DNA of 64,000 nt from Trichormus sp. ATA11-4-KO1 (GCA_019358915.1 JAHHIM010000013.1:32001-96000), one strand, 5' to 3'. Positions 13,070 to 25,367 are shown, numbered from the stretch's first letter. Notes: generated by a model from the letters alone, not told the origin. Made by a program: numbers and translations.

Positions 13070-13750
13070 ATGGTTGCTCCACGCTTAGATGAAATATCTA
13101 CTCAGTTAGAAAGTCCGGATTTGCGCGATCGCATGGTAGCTCTTGCTAGTTTGCGTCATGTATCCCCTGAAGATGCTGTACCTTTAATTAAAAAGGTATT
13201 GGATGATGAATCTCTGCAACTGCGCTCAATGGCAATATTTGCCCTAGGAATCAAGCCAACAGCAGAATGTTATCCAATTTTGGTAAAGATTTTGGAAAAT
13301 GACCCAGATTATGGTATCCGTGCTGATGCCGCCGGAGCCTTAGGCTATTTGGGTGATGCTAGAGCATTTGAAGCACTGGCACGGACTTTTTATGAAGATA
13401 CTGATTGGCTAGTACGTTTTAGCGCAGCTGTTTCCCTGGGTAATATTAAAGATCCACGTGCCCGTGAAATTCTCATTCAAGCTTTAGATAGCAACGAAAC
13501 AGTGTTGCAAGAAGCAGCAATCTCCGCACTGGGAGAAATTCAAGATATTGAGTCTGTCGATAGTATCCTGCGCTTTGCCCAATCATCTGATTGGTTAGTC
13601 CGGCAACGTCTTGCAGAAGCCTTGGGAAATCTTCCTACTCCTAAGAGTATTTCAGCTCTAAAATACTTAGAAAAAGATAGCCATACCAATGTTGCTCAAG
13701 CAGCGAGAATTTCCCTCAAGCGACTTGAGGAAAAAGGCTATCAAGCCTAA
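13070..13750 (+). CDS. nblB: HEAT-repeat phycobilisome degradation protein NblB
   Basis: PBS-lyase HEAT repeats (DYGIRADAAGALGYL, DWLVRFSAAVSLG, DWLVRQRLAEALG); lies upstream of cpcS. Confidence 0.8.
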   Translation: MVAPRLDEISTQLESPDLRDRMVALASLRHVSPEDAVPLIKKVLDDESLQLRSMAIFALGIKPTAECYPILVKILENDPDYGIRADAAGALGYLGDARAFEALARTFYEDTDWLVRFSAAVSLGNIKDPRAREILIQALDSNETVLQEAAISALGEIQDIESVDSILRFAQSSDWLVRQRLAEALGNLPTPKSISALKYLEKDSHTNVAQAARISLKRLEEKGYQA

Positions 13751-13821
13751 TCTCAGCGTCTCCTGCTACCTTTTAATAATAAGTAGGATTTGTAGCATTT
13801 TCGTGCAGGGTAATTTCATTC

Positions 13822-14388
13822 ATGAATATTGCAGAATTTTTTGAGTTAAGTGCTGGTAGATGGTTTTCCCATCGTACTAGTCACCATTTGGCTTTTAAGC
13901 AAGCTGAAGACGGTAAGTCAGACATTGTAATTGAGATGCTGGCTGCCGATCATCCAGAGGTAATTAAACTGTGTCAGCAGTACGAAATTACTCCTGACTC
14001 CGCCTCCTGCGGCGCTAGAGTTACCTGGAACGGTACCATGGAATGGGATGAAGAAAAACACAGTGGCTCAACTGTGTTGGCTTCAGTTCCTGATGCCGAT
14101 AATCCTCATGAAGGCAAGTTACTGCGAGAAATGGGTTATGCCGAGAAAGCCCCTGTTGCTGGACGCTACAAGATGGGTAGCGATGGCGCTTTGACTTTAA
14201 CGACCGAATACGAAACCATGTGGTCTGAAGAACGTTTATGGTTTGCTAGTCCTAATTTACGGATGCGGGTAAGTATCCTCAAACGCTTTGGCGGCTTTAG
14301 TATGGCTTCCTTCACTTCGGAAATTCGGATGGGTGGTAGTTCATCAGCTACAAAAGTGTCAGAGGCGGCTAATTCCGTGTCTAGTTAG
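13822..14388 (+). CDS. cpcS: CpcS/CpeS-type phycobiliprotein lyase
   Basis: [40 protein letters not shown]. Confidence 0.92.
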   Translation: MNIAEFFELSAGRWFSHRTSHHLAFKQAEDGKSDIVIEMLAADHPEVIKLCQQYEITPDSASCGARVTWNGTMEWDEEKHSGSTVLASVPDADNPHEGKLLREMGYAEKAPVAGRYKMGSDGALTLTTEYETMWSEERLWFASPNLRMRVSILKRFGGFSMASFTSEIRMGGSSSATKVSEAANSVSS

Positions 14389-14488
14389 TGGAAGTGGGGA
14401 GTTGGAAGTGGGGAACAAGGGAAAATTATCAAAGTAATTTCGCCTCATTCCCCTCATCTCCTGCATCTCCCTGTTTTCACAGCATCAT

Positions 14489-15961
14489 TTAAATTTGCAA
14501 CCAATTAGCGATCGCCTGCGGTAGTGGTAGCACAATGATCACTAACAGTGCCATTGCCATTAATCCTAAAATGTCACGTCCATTATCTAATTCGGTGACA
14601 TCGTTTAAGGCAGGTTCATCGATCAAGGGGATAAATAATAAAATAATCGCCCAGACAAAAAATCCTGACTGCACTAAAGAAAGTAGTAACAGTAATAAGC
14701 GGGAAATTTGACCAATGACCATTGCTGTTCTTTGCCCAAACATTGCATGGACAATGTGACCTCCATCGAGTTGTCCCACAGGCATCAAATTCAAAGCTGT
14801 GACGATTAGCCCCAAAAAACCAGCTATGGCTATGGGATGCAGGTTAATCGCTGATGTTGCCGTTAACTCGCTCCCTAATGCTAACTTCGCAACCAACGCT
14901 AATAAAATTGAATATTTAGGATTGAGTGCTTCAGGATTCAATAGTCCTGTTTGGTCACTCATGGGAACCACTTCCGAATTAGCCAAACCCCAGATTAACA
15001 AGGGTAATGTGACAACAAAACCTGCAATTGGCCCAGCAATGCTCACATCAAATAAAGCTCTGCGGTTGGGAATTGGACTCCGCATCTGAATAAATGCGCC
15101 AAATGTGCCTAAGAAAAAAGGCAGAGGAATAAAATAAGGAAGTGTTGCCCGAATTTTGTAGTACCGCGCTGTTAAATAGTGCCCCAGTTCGTGGATACCC
15201 AAAATAGTCATCAGCCCTAAAGCATAAGGCAATCCTTGCAACAAGGTAATTGGGTCAGATGCTAGTTGTTGCGGATCAAAACCAGCGATTGTTGCTCCCA
15301 CTAACGTTGTCGTCACCAAAGTAGCTACTAGCAAAAATAAAGCTAATCCTGGTCGTGTTACCTGTTCTGGTTGACTGGCATTTTTAGCTGCTTGAGTGTT
15401 AGGAACTAGCACAAAGAAAGGTTTGCCATTGAAACCCTCTTGAAAAATCAGCAAAAAGCGATCGCCAAATTGTGCTTCAATATTTGCCTTAATCTGCTGA
15501 TAAGCTCTAGTAGGTGTGGTTCTAATCTGACCTCTACAGATCACAGCCTGCGGTCTGTACTCAATATTTTGAATGTAGTAAACAGACCAGGGAAAACAAT
15601 TTCGCAGCTGGGTTTCTTCCGTTGGTTCAATGGGACGCACTGGTACTGGTTCTGCGGTAGGATGGATAGCCGATTGTGATTCAATAGCTTGGGGTTCAGT
15701 TTGTGGATCTCTTGGCGCTCGACGACCCCACTGAAACAACAGCCAGTATAACAGAAGGCAAATAATTGAGGGCCAAATGATCAGTAACGGCGGCGGCGGT
15801 TGTTTTGCTCCATAAATCACTGTCCACCCGCTTAATATCAATGCTGGTGTCATTAACACCAGCCACAACAACCAGACTGGTGTCCGGGTGATATTAGCGA
15901 CGCTGCGCTGCACCATCAAATAAGTAGCTAGTCCCAGTAGGAGGAGAAACCAAAATGTCAT
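14489..15961 (-). CDS. Site-2 protease (peptidase M50) membrane metalloprotease
   Basis: HELGH zinc motif, AGPIAG, LNLMPVGQLDGGH; start taken at MTFWF (approximate). Confidence 0.92.
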   Translation of the reverse strand: MTFWFLLLLGLATYLMVQRSVANITRTPVWLLWLVLMTPALILSGWTVIYGAKQPPPPLLIIWPSIICLLLYWLLFQWGRRAPRDPQTEPQAIESQSAIHPTAEPVPVRPIEPTEETQLRNCFPWSVYYIQNIEYRPQAVICRGQIRTTPTRAYQQIKANIEAQFGDRFLLIFQEGFNGKPFFVLVPNTQAAKNASQPEQVTRPGLALFLLVATLVTTTLVGATIAGFDPQQLASDPITLLQGLPYALGLMTILGIHELGHYLTARYYKIRATLPYFIPLPFFLGTFGAFIQMRSPIPNRRALFDVSIAGPIAGFVVTLPLLIWGLANSEVVPMSDQTGLLNPEALNPKYSILLALVAKLALGSELTATSAINLHPIAIAGFLGLIVTALNLMPVGQLDGGHIVHAMFGQRTAMVIGQISRLLLLLLSLVQSGFFVWAIILLFIPLIDEPALNDVTELDNGRDILGLMAMALLVIIVLPLPQAIANWLQI

Positions 15962-16150
15962 TTGCTCTTCAGTAATTTGGAAAAAATGTCTCACTAGTGT
16001 GTCGGCACCACAACCTACTCTACTAGACAGACTCTAAACCCCAATTTGTCTACAACAGTTAACAGAACTTATTAATTCTCAAGTGTTAATTCTTAAGAAG
16101 TTCAACTCTGTAAACCAATTTTTACCACTCCTCAGTTACGGTTTTTACTC

Positions 16151-16807
16151 ATGTGCCCCTTACCTCAACAGCCAAGTCATACAGCTAAGCAACCACGTCC
16201 GGTGCTAGATAATATCTTTGCTTTTCCACCAAATCGGGACACATTGGGGGGAACCTCTTACCTTATTGTAGGAAATGAAGGCAATATCCTGATAGATTGC
16301 CCAGCCTTAGAACAAACAAATCTGGACTTTTGGCGCTGTCATGGCGGCGTGCGTTGGTTATTTCTCACTCATCGGGGTGCTATTGGTAAAACAGCAGAAA
16401 TTCAGCAAACTTTGGGCTGTGAAATTCTCATTCAAGAACAAGAAGCCTATTTATTACCTGGGTTAACTGTAACTACCTTTGCCCAGGAATTCACACTCAC
16501 TACTACAGCAAAAGTTATTTGGACACCAGGCCATTCCCCTGGTTCCTCTTGTCTATACTACAGTGAGTTGGGAGGCGTGCTGTTTACTGGTCGCCATTTA
16601 GTCCCCAATCCCCAAGGCGAACTATTACCACTACGAACAGCCAAAACATTTCACTGGCCAAGGCAAATTAAAAGTCTTCAATTACTCAAAGAACGCTTGA
16701 CACCAGAAACACTCCAGTACATTTGTCCCGGTGCGAACACAGGTTTCCTCAGAGGTAAACGTGTCATAGATAATGCTTACCAGCGACTTTTGAGTGCTGA
16801 GTGTTGA
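16151..16807 (+). CDS. MBL-fold metallo-hydrolase
   Basis: LIDCP, FLTHR, WTPGHSPGS and LFTG motifs. Confidence 0.85.
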   Translation: MCPLPQQPSHTAKQPRPVLDNIFAFPPNRDTLGGTSYLIVGNEGNILIDCPALEQTNLDFWRCHGGVRWLFLTHRGAIGKTAEIQQTLGCEILIQEQEAYLLPGLTVTTFAQEFTLTTTAKVIWTPGHSPGSSCLYYSELGGVLFTGRHLVPNPQGELLPLRTAKTFHWPRQIKSLQLLKERLTPETLQYICPGANTGFLRGKRVIDNAYQRLLSAEC

Positions 16808-16850
16808 GTGCTGAGTGCGCTTGCCCTGAGCGAAGTCGAAGGGAGTGCTG
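16793..16850. repeat. AGTGCTG heptamer array with an inserted SDR-type element
   Basis: (AGTGCTG)n is interrupted at 16818-16843 by CGCTTGCCCTGAGCGAAGTCGAAGGG. Confidence 0.7.
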
Positions 16851-16898
16851 AGGGGAGATGAGGAGTATTTTGGTTCTTGTCCCCTTGTCCCCCACTCC

Positions 16899-18152
16899 CT
16901 ATTCCCCACTCCCCACGCCCGCCAAAACAGAATTTGTCTTCAACAATTCCAATGCTGCTTGATATTGCAGATCGGCTGCTGTGGCAATTTGTTCGCGGGT
17001 AATTGATTCTTGGGAAATTACTTGGTCTGGCTTAATGCCTAATTTGTTAATATCCCGATGGTTAGGAGTTTCGTATTTAGCAATTGTGACTGCCAAACCA
17101 GAACCATCTGATAATTCAAACAAGGACTGGATTAAGCCTTTACCAAAAGTAGTTTCACCTACTAACTGGGCACGACCATTATCTTGTAGCGCCCCAGCAA
17201 GAATTTCACTGGCGCTGGCAGTTCCTTGATTGACTAAAATCACTAAAGGATCGTCCGTTAAGGCAGGGCCAAATGATTCAAAACTACCCTGAATTCCTTG
17301 GCGATTTACCGTGTAGACGATAGTACCGGAATTTAACCACAGGCGGGCAATTTCCACTCCTGATTGTAATAACCCACCAGGATTATTTCGCAAATCTAGA
17401 ATATAGGCAGCAGCGCCTTTTTTCTCTAAACTAGAAATAGCGTGTGCCAATTCCATAGAGGCGTTAGCGTTAAATTGAGTGAGGCGAAGGTAGCCAATGG
17501 GCGTGCCTTGTGGTGAAAAACGCAAGTCGGCTACCACAGGGTTTAGCTCAATGCGATCGCGCATGATGCTAACTTCTTTTTCTCCTTCCCCATCTCGTTC
17601 AATCACCAGGGTGACCAAACTACCAATAGGCCCCCGCATTTTGGCGGCGGCTTCGTCAAGGGTCAAATCATCTGTGGCAATGCCTGCGATTTTGAGAATG
17701 CGATCGCGTGGTCTGATTCCTGCTTTATCTGCTGGTGAATCCATGATGGGAGTCACTACCTCCAGCTTTCCCGTCTGGGGATTTAGGGCAATTTGCAAAC
17801 CCACCCCAGTCAATTCACCAGAAGTATTTACCTGCAAACTGCGGTACTGCTGCGGGTCTAAAAAGCGGGTAAAAGGGTCGCCTAGAGTCTTAAGCATCTT
17901 CTGAATTGCCTCATAAGCTGCCTGATTGTTTCTCAGAGGCTTTTCCAGCGCCTTTTGCCGCGCCATCGACCAATTTTGATGATTAAACGTCTCATCTAGA
18001 TAGGTACGATTGACAATTCGCCAAACTTCTGAAACTAGCTTTTGCTCATCTGTCAAAGCTGCTGCTGGTGGAATGAGAGCGCCCAGCGCCAACCAAAACG
18101 CCATTAGCAATGAAAATCCTAGCCGAAAAACCTGTTTGTGCATGAACCCCAT
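16899..18152 (-). CDS. ctpA: Carboxyl-terminal processing protease (D1 processing)
   Basis: DPFTRF, PDZ domain (GVGLQI), LDLRNNPGG, TASASEI, GKGLIQ; divergent from petB. Confidence 0.93.
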   Translation of the reverse strand: MGFMHKQVFRLGFSLLMAFWLALGALIPPAAALTDEQKLVSEVWRIVNRTYLDETFNHQNWSMARQKALEKPLRNNQAAYEAIQKMLKTLGDPFTRFLDPQQYRSLQVNTSGELTGVGLQIALNPQTGKLEVVTPIMDSPADKAGIRPRDRILKIAGIATDDLTLDEAAAKMRGPIGSLVTLVIERDGEGEKEVSIMRDRIELNPVVADLRFSPQGTPIGYLRLTQFNANASMELAHAISSLEKKGAAAYILDLRNNPGGLLQSGVEIARLWLNSGTIVYTVNRQGIQGSFESFGPALTDDPLVILVNQGTASASEILAGALQDNGRAQLVGETTFGKGLIQSLFELSDGSGLAVTIAKYETPNHRDINKLGIKPDQVISQESITREQIATAADLQYQAALELLKTNSVLAGVGSGE

Positions 18153-18518
18153 ATCCAATGTCACCTGAACCCAAATTACCTAGAAATGCCCATTTACCTC
18201 GTTATTGATGAAATCTATATCTCAACTATGTTACTTTTTTTATAGAAGTGGTGCATTGCTCTCATCAACTTGTAGAAAGAACTGATGCGGTGCATCCCAC
18301 TCAACAAACGATAAAACCCACTTGGTATCCAGCATTTTTGATGTTGGCTTGCAAAGAGAACGCAATATATTCCATATTTACAGAGTGTTAAGTTTCTGAA
18401 AACTCTTATCACTCTGAAGGCTCAAAAGCAAACGAACAAACTCCCCTTTTTGAAAATCCCAAAAATCCTAATTGGGAGATTGATCAACCGCAACTGATTT
18501 TTAGGAACTTGAGATTGT

Positions 18519-19166
18519 ATGGCCAACGTTTACGACTGGTTTGAAGAGCGCTTGGAAATTCAGGCGCTTGCTGAGGACGTGACTAGCAAGTACGTCCCTC
18601 CCCATGTAAATATTTTTTACTGTCTGGGCGGAATTACCTTAACTTGTTTTCTCATCCAGTTTGCCACTGGATTTGCGATGACGTTCTACTATAGGCCAAC
18701 AGTTGCTGAAGCTTACTCCTCTGTACAGTACATCATGAATGAGGTGAACTTCGGCTGGCTGATTCGCTCCATCCATCGCTGGTCTGCCAGCATGATGGTG
18801 TTGATGATGATTTTGCACGTCTTCCGGGTGTACCTCACAGGTGGCTTTAAAAAGCCCCGCGAGTTGACTTGGGTAAGTGGTGTCATCCTAGCTGTAATCA
18901 CCGTTTCCTTTGGTGTTACAGGCTACTCCTTACCTTGGGACCAAGTAGGTTACTGGGCCGTGAAAATCGTGAGCGGTGTACCAGAAGCAATTCCCGTCGT
19001 TGGCGTTTTGATTTCTGATTTGTTGCGTGGTGGTTCTAGTGTTGGTCAAGCTACACTAACTCGCTATTACAGCGCTCACACCTTTGTACTGCCTTGGTTA
19101 ATTGCTGTCTTCATGCTGTTCCACTTCTTGATGATCCGCAAACAAGGTATTTCCGGTCCTTTGTAA
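18519..19166 (+). CDS. petB: Cytochrome b6
   Basis: [39 protein letters not shown]. Confidence 0.99.
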   Translation: MANVYDWFEERLEIQALAEDVTSKYVPPHVNIFYCLGGITLTCFLIQFATGFAMTFYYRPTVAEAYSSVQYIMNEVNFGWLIRSIHRWSASMMVLMMILHVFRVYLTGGFKKPRELTWVSGVILAVITVSFGVTGYSLPWDQVGYWAVKIVSGVPEAIPVVGVLISDLLRGGSSVGQATLTRYYSAHTFVLPWLIAVFMLFHFLMIRKQGISGPL

Positions 19167-19409
19167 TCTACAAATTCAGCCAAAATGCAAAAAGGCAACA
19201 GCTTTCAGTTTCCAGATGGAGTTGTTTGTTTTAAACTTATGGGAAATCAGAAATAAATAACTCATAAGTGACAATAAGAACAAACAATTTATTTTAAGCT
19301 GAAAGCTGTAAACTCCCTCCGGGCTGCTTGCCGCAGACCAGGGTTGCCTTATAGCTGATGGCTTTCATCAATACTTTAACTGAACTTGAGCAGGAGAGCG
19401 CATTAAACA

Positions 19410-19892
19410 ATGGCAACGCAAAAAAAACCCGATCTGAGTGATCCTCAGTTAAGAGCCAAACTCGCCAAAGGCATGGGTCACAACTACTATGGCGAACCTG
19501 CTTGGCCTAATGACCTACTGTATGTATTCCCTATCGTGATTATGGGTTCATTCGCTTGTATTGTGGCTCTAGCTGTGCTAGACCCCGCAATGACAGGTGA
19601 GCCAGCAAATCCTTTTGCCACACCGCTAGAAATTTTACCGGAGTGGTATTTGTATCCTGTATTCCAGATTTTGCGATCGCTTCCTAACAAACTTTTAGGA
19701 GTGTTAGCAATGGCCTCAGTACCTCTGGGACTGATCCTCGTTCCCTTCATTGAGAACGTCAATAAATTCCAAAATCCCTTCCGTCGTCCAGTTGCGACCA
19801 CAGTGTTCCTATTTGGCACACTTGTCACCCTCTGGCTAGGTATTGGTGCTGCTCTCCCACTAGATAAGTCTTTGACCTTGGGATTGTTCTAA
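19410..19892 (+). CDS. petD: Cytochrome b6f subunit IV
   Basis: [25 protein letters not shown]. Confidence 0.99.
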   Translation: MATQKKPDLSDPQLRAKLAKGMGHNYYGEPAWPNDLLYVFPIVIMGSFACIVALAVLDPAMTGEPANPFATPLEILPEWYLYPVFQILRSLPNKLLGVLAMASVPLGLILVPFIENVNKFQNPFRRPVATTVFLFGTLVTLWLGIGAALPLDKSLTLGLF

Positions 19893-20189
19893 ATTAGTCA
19901 CCAAAAAACCTTTGACGCCTGTCGTTTCCAGAGCACATACCATGGTTAGCAGTTTTTTGCAGGGTTTCCCTGATTCAAACTGCTGGCTAGTTCCCCAAAC
20001 AAGTATCCTCCGAAAGCAGCTGATACTTTTGGCAGATGAACTTTTGCAACTGACAGGCGTCAATTTTAGTATTCCAGGTAGCTACTAGGATATTTAGTTT
20101 TGGATAAAAACGGTATTCCAAAATCTAAAGTCACCAAAATACAAAAAATACAGACATTTTTTACTAATCTTATATTCAAGTCAAGGTCA

Positions 20190-20630
20190 ATGCTTAGCAT
20201 AGTGCAGCACGACCATCTGACGGTGAAGAGCGAACTTAAGCTCCTAAACTACGTACAACAATGGTTTGAGCAATTTTGTCTAAAATATTTATCTCAACTT
20301 GGCTGGTCAGAAGGCCAACTTTATCGCCTCAATTTAGCATTAGCTGAGGGTTTTACCAACGCAGTTCGTCACGCTCATCGTGCTTTACCACCGGAAACAA
20401 CTATAGAGATTGAAGTTAGTTTGTGGATTAACAGACTAGAGATGAGAATTTGGGATCAAGGAAAACCCTTCAATCCTGATGCCATCACTGAGCCACAGCC
20501 AGGTACTCTGCAAGTAGGGGGGTATGGATGGTTTCTTTTGCGGCGTTTAGCTGACCGTGTTGTCTACGAACGCAGTGCAGATGGGAGAAATTGTCTACTA
20601 ATTGTTAAATATGCCCAAGAAGGTCATTAG
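20190..20630 (+). CDS. RsbW-like anti-sigma regulatory factor (HATPase_c_2)
   Basis: LALAEGFTNAVRHAH, DQGKPF, GGYGWFL. Confidence 0.88.
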   Translation: MLSIVQHDHLTVKSELKLLNYVQQWFEQFCLKYLSQLGWSEGQLYRLNLALAEGFTNAVRHAHRALPPETTIEIEVSLWINRLEMRIWDQGKPFNPDAITEPQPGTLQVGGYGWFLLRRLADRVVYERSADGRNCLLIVKYAQEGH

Positions 20631-20796
20631 TACTGAGTTCTGAGTCTCATTTAATGTAAATAGTAAAAAATCAATATTTGTTGTATAAAAAAAACTACTC
20701 AATCTAGTAAAGTCAGCATACGAGTTATACTTGCTACTTTGTTACGATTTGGCAGCAGAAATGTTAGAAGTAGTAAATTTTGCCATAGCGTACTCA

Positions 20797-20950
20797 TAAT
20801 GAAGAGTGATGAGTTGAAAGTGCTGAGTGCTGAGTTAAAAGACCGCCCACACTTCGGCAAGGCTTAGTGACCACAATTCGCGTTGCATTTACCGAGTGCA
20901 AAAGTGTTTCCTTCCTCTTGTTATTACTCAGCACTCAGCACTCAGCACTG
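20797..20950 (+). mobile_element. MITE-like dispersed element with (AGTGCTG)n / (CTCAGCA)n inverted ends, copy 1
   Basis: Starts TAATGAAGAGT and ends (CTCAGCA)x3; aligns with 40430-40652 and, inverted, with 34968-35079. Confidence 0.7.
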
Positions 20951-21039
20951 TGTAAGGTAAAGTGTTTCCTTGCTGCGCTTATAGCCCGTGCTAAGTATAA
21001 ACCCAGTTGCTTCATTGCTCTCTTGTATCAACACTGTCC

Positions 21040-21145
21040 TCAACTATGTGACTACTGCTATAAAGAAAAATTATCTGGGTTGGGAACCTCAAGTTAGCTT
21101 TAAGGAACTATTAAAGAAAATGGTACAGGCAGATATAGAGCCGTG
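21040..21145 (+). pseudogene. Probable 3' remnant of a GDP-mannose 4,6-dehydratase (gmd-like) gene
   Basis: Translates as KKNYLGWEPQVSFKELLKKMVQADIE, resembling the C-terminal LGW.P..SF..L...MV..D motif of GMD/extended SDRs; no N-terminal Rossmann part is seen. Confidence 0.55.
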
Positions 21146-21204
21146 GCAAAACGGTAAAATTGCAACCTGCCACTCTACCCTCTCTGGGAGTATAAACAAT
21201 ATAA

Positions 21205-22368
21205 ATGCTGATTGATACAGTCGGAGAAAACCTCAATTCAGGTAAAAAGGTTAATAAACAAGCTAACCATGTCTTCGTGTTTTTAGAGATTTTTGCCTGC
21301 GAAGGTGGTATTCAATCCTATGTCAAGGATATTTTTCGTGCTTATGCAGAATTAAATGCTGGCTGTAAGGCAGAAGTCTTTTTGTTGCGAGATAATTATG
21401 ACCACTCAAATCCTTTTGAGTCTGATAGTTTAAAATTTCACTACTTTCAAAATAAGTTACCCCAAATAGGTAGATTGAAAATGGCGGGGGCTTTGTTGAA
21501 GTTCCTCTTACAAAAACGCCCCCAGCAAGTTTTTTGCGGTCACATTAATCTGGCAGTCCTGATCCAAATACTTTGCCAGCCGTTAGGTATTCCCTACACA
21601 GTCCTGACTTACGGCAAAGAAGTTTGGGAACCACTGAAAAATAGCGAAAGACGCGCTTTAGCATCAGCAAATGCCATTTGGACAATTAGTCGTTACAGCC
21701 GCGATCGCGCTTGTGCTGCCAATGGTTTAGATGCTAAAAAAATCAAGATGTTACCTTGTGCCATTAATGGCGATAAATTTACACCTGGTTCTCAGCAACC
21801 AGAATTAGTCGAAAAATATGGCTTAGGTGGTACTAAAGTATTAATGACCGTGGCGCGACTATGGTCAGGGGATATTTATAAAGGTGTCGATGTGACGATT
21901 CGCGCACTACCCCAAATCGCTGAGGCTTTCCCAGAAATCAAATATTTGGTAATTGGTCGCGGCGATGACCAACCACGATTAGCCCAACTAGCACAAGATT
22001 TAGGTGTGAGCGATCGCGTGGTTTTTGCGGGTTTTGTGCCTACAGAACAGTTAATGGCCCACTATCGCCTTGCTGATGCCTATATTATGCCCTCTCAAGA
22101 AGGCTTTGGGATTGTTTATTTAGAGGCGATGGCTTGTGGTGTACCAGTGCTATCCGGTGATGACGATGGATCGGCCGACCCCTTGCAGGATGGTAAATTG
22201 GGATGGCGAGTACCACACCGTGACCCAGAGGCGGTAGCAAAAGCTTGTATAGAAATTTTGCGAGGGAATGACCAACGTTGTGATGGACAATGGCTAAGAG
22301 AACAAGCGATCGCCACTTTTGGTATGGAAGCCTTTCGACAACGTTTACAAGAACTACTTTTGTCCTGA
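21205..22368 (+). CDS. Glycosyltransferase family 4
   Basis: GGIQ, YKGVD, EGFGIVYLEAMACGVPV. Confidence 0.93.
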   Translation: MLIDTVGENLNSGKKVNKQANHVFVFLEIFACEGGIQSYVKDIFRAYAELNAGCKAEVFLLRDNYDHSNPFESDSLKFHYFQNKLPQIGRLKMAGALLKFLLQKRPQQVFCGHINLAVLIQILCQPLGIPYTVLTYGKEVWEPLKNSERRALASANAIWTISRYSRDRACAANGLDAKKIKMLPCAINGDKFTPGSQQPELVEKYGLGGTKVLMTVARLWSGDIYKGVDVTIRALPQIAEAFPEIKYLVIGRGDDQPRLAQLAQDLGVSDRVVFAGFVPTEQLMAHYRLADAYIMPSQEGFGIVYLEAMACGVPVLSGDDDGSADPLQDGKLGWRVPHRDPEAVAKACIEILRGNDQRCDGQWLREQAIATFGMEAFRQRLQELLLS

Positions 22369-22490
22369 GTCGTAAGCCAATAGTCCCAAGGTGAGATTAA
22401 TATTTCTTGACTTTTGGTAGTTGACTGTAGGCTTTTGTCTCTCAACTAAAATCGCTATCCTAGAGGGAGAGGAAGACAATATTTTATAAA

Positions 22491-22868
22491 ATGAGCCTTA
22501 AATCTTTGCAATTGAGTATTGAAAATCTTCGCCCTTGGCTCACTCTGTTAGCAGTTTTTTGGTTGCTAGCATCATTAGGCTTAGGGTGGTTGGTGAATTC
22601 GTTGTTAATCATCTTTGGTTTGCTGTTGTTGACACCTGTTGTAGCTTTCTTCGGGTTTCGCTGGTGGCTACAACACAATTTAGTTACTGATCAATGTCCT
22701 GTCTGCCGCTATGAATTTACAGGTTTAAATAATAGTCAGTTGCAGTGTCCCAACTGTGGAGAGTCACTGTCAGTCAAACAGGGACATTTTCAGCGCTTTA
22801 CACCAGAAGGCACAATTGATGTTACAGCAATTGAAGTACCAGCCAAATCACTGGAAGAAAAAAGTTAA
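22491..22868 (+). CDS. Conserved cyanobacterial membrane protein with zinc ribbon
   Basis: Two TM helices, CPVC...CPNC, C-terminal TIDV. Confidence 0.75.
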   Translation: MSLKSLQLSIENLRPWLTLLAVFWLLASLGLGWLVNSLLIIFGLLLLTPVVAFFGFRWWLQHNLVTDQCPVCRYEFTGLNNSQLQCPNCGESLSVKQGHFQRFTPEGTIDVTAIEVPAKSLEEKS

Positions 22869-22934
22869 CACTGCTGTTATAGTATAATTACTGAGATAAT
22901 AACTAGCGATTACCCAATATGTAATGTATTTTTC

Positions 22935-23002
22935 TTGGGGTCTTAGTGACTTAGTGGTTAAAAAAATGACTTTTGCACCACAAAGGCACTAAGACACTAA
23001 GG
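22935..23002. repeat. Octamer-based inverted-repeat element (CTTAGTGN / NCACTAAG)
   Basis: Related copy at about 46206-46254 (CTTGGTGTCTTTGTGCCTTGGTGGT...CACTAAGACA). Confidence 0.5.
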
Positions 23003-23062
23003 TGGAAAGCCTAAAACTGGACAAAATTTTAAGTAGTTTTTACCCACCTTGATTTCTTTGTA

Positions 23063-23088
23063 TAGCCCCACCCTGTCAGGGTGAGGTC
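23063..23088. terminator. Hairpin just downstream of thiC, between convergent genes
   Basis: AGCCCCACCCTGTCAGGGTGAGGTCT forms an imperfect stem-loop about 10 bp after the thiC stop. Confidence 0.45.
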
Positions 23089-23096
23089 TATTAAAG

Positions 23097-24570
<1,474 letters not shown>

Positions 24571-24840
24571 ATGTAAATTGTACCACCTTGATTATGAATG
24601 CGGATGAGGTGTTTACAATTTATGAGGAGTGAGAAGAGCTTATTCTCCGCTTTATTGCACTTTATTTTAAAAGTAACGGTTGTACTGCTGACAAGAAGCC
24701 AATTGTTGTTAGCTTGCTTCACTTCTGGGCTGCAATACATACAACGAAGGCGATTGTTTTTGGGGTTGTCAGTGCAACAGCAATGCTTGAATCAAAGCAG
24801 CCATTGAGATACGCTATAACCCAGCATTTACAGCATCTTC

Positions 24841-25143
24841 ATGAAGTTTGAAATTTTTACGCCTCTCGGATTTATGGTTAGAACATCCGAAGAGTATTGG
24901 CAACGGTTGATCATCAAGCATCCTGATATTGAGGAGTTAGAGGAGCTAATTCGATTAGCTCTTGCCATACCGGACGAAGTTCGACACAGTAGCCGAGATG
25001 CAGAAGTATTATTGTTTTATCGGGTACGGGGAGAAGAACGTTGGGTTGTTGCGGTTGCACGGCGCTTAAATGGAGATGGATTCCTCATCACAGCTTACCA
25101 AACTGATGCGATTAAGGAGGGAGAAACAGTATGGCTCAAATAA
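24841..25143 (+). CDS. DUF4258-like (BECR/RelE-fold) putative toxin
   Basis: 100 aa, KHP...PDEVR.S..D...LFY...GFLITAY; overlaps the following small acidic gene. Confidence 0.65.
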   Translation: MKFEIFTPLGFMVRTSEEYWQRLIIKHPDIEELEELIRLALAIPDEVRHSSRDAEVLLFYRVRGEERWVVAVARRLNGDGFLITAYQTDAIKEGETVWLK

Positions 25144-25367
25144 AGGTGTTTTACGAGCCGGAGACAGAGCTATTAAGCGTATTTTGGCAAGTTCCAAGAA
25201 AAAATCAAATTAGTACTGAGCTTGGAGATGGTGTGATCTTGATAAAAGATGGGGCAAGTGGTGAGCCAATTGGGTTAGAGGTTTTGTCCTACCGTCCTGG
25301 GGACGACCGCTTTGATACTGTGAGTGTTGAGTTGGGGCAAATAAGTTCGATGCAACCAGCCAGCTAA
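25131..25367 (+). CDS. DUF2283-family putative antitoxin
   Basis: KVFYEPETELL...ELGDGVILIKD...GEPIGLEVL pattern. Confidence 0.7.
   Translation: MAQIKVFYEPETELLSVFWQVPRKNQISTELGDGVILIKDGASGEPIGLEVLSYRPGDDRFDTVSVELGQISSMQPAS

Noticed and set aside
20190..20630. Calling the anti-sigma factor pmgA
   Set aside because: The RsbW-like fold is clear, but orthology to PmgA cannot be established by eye.
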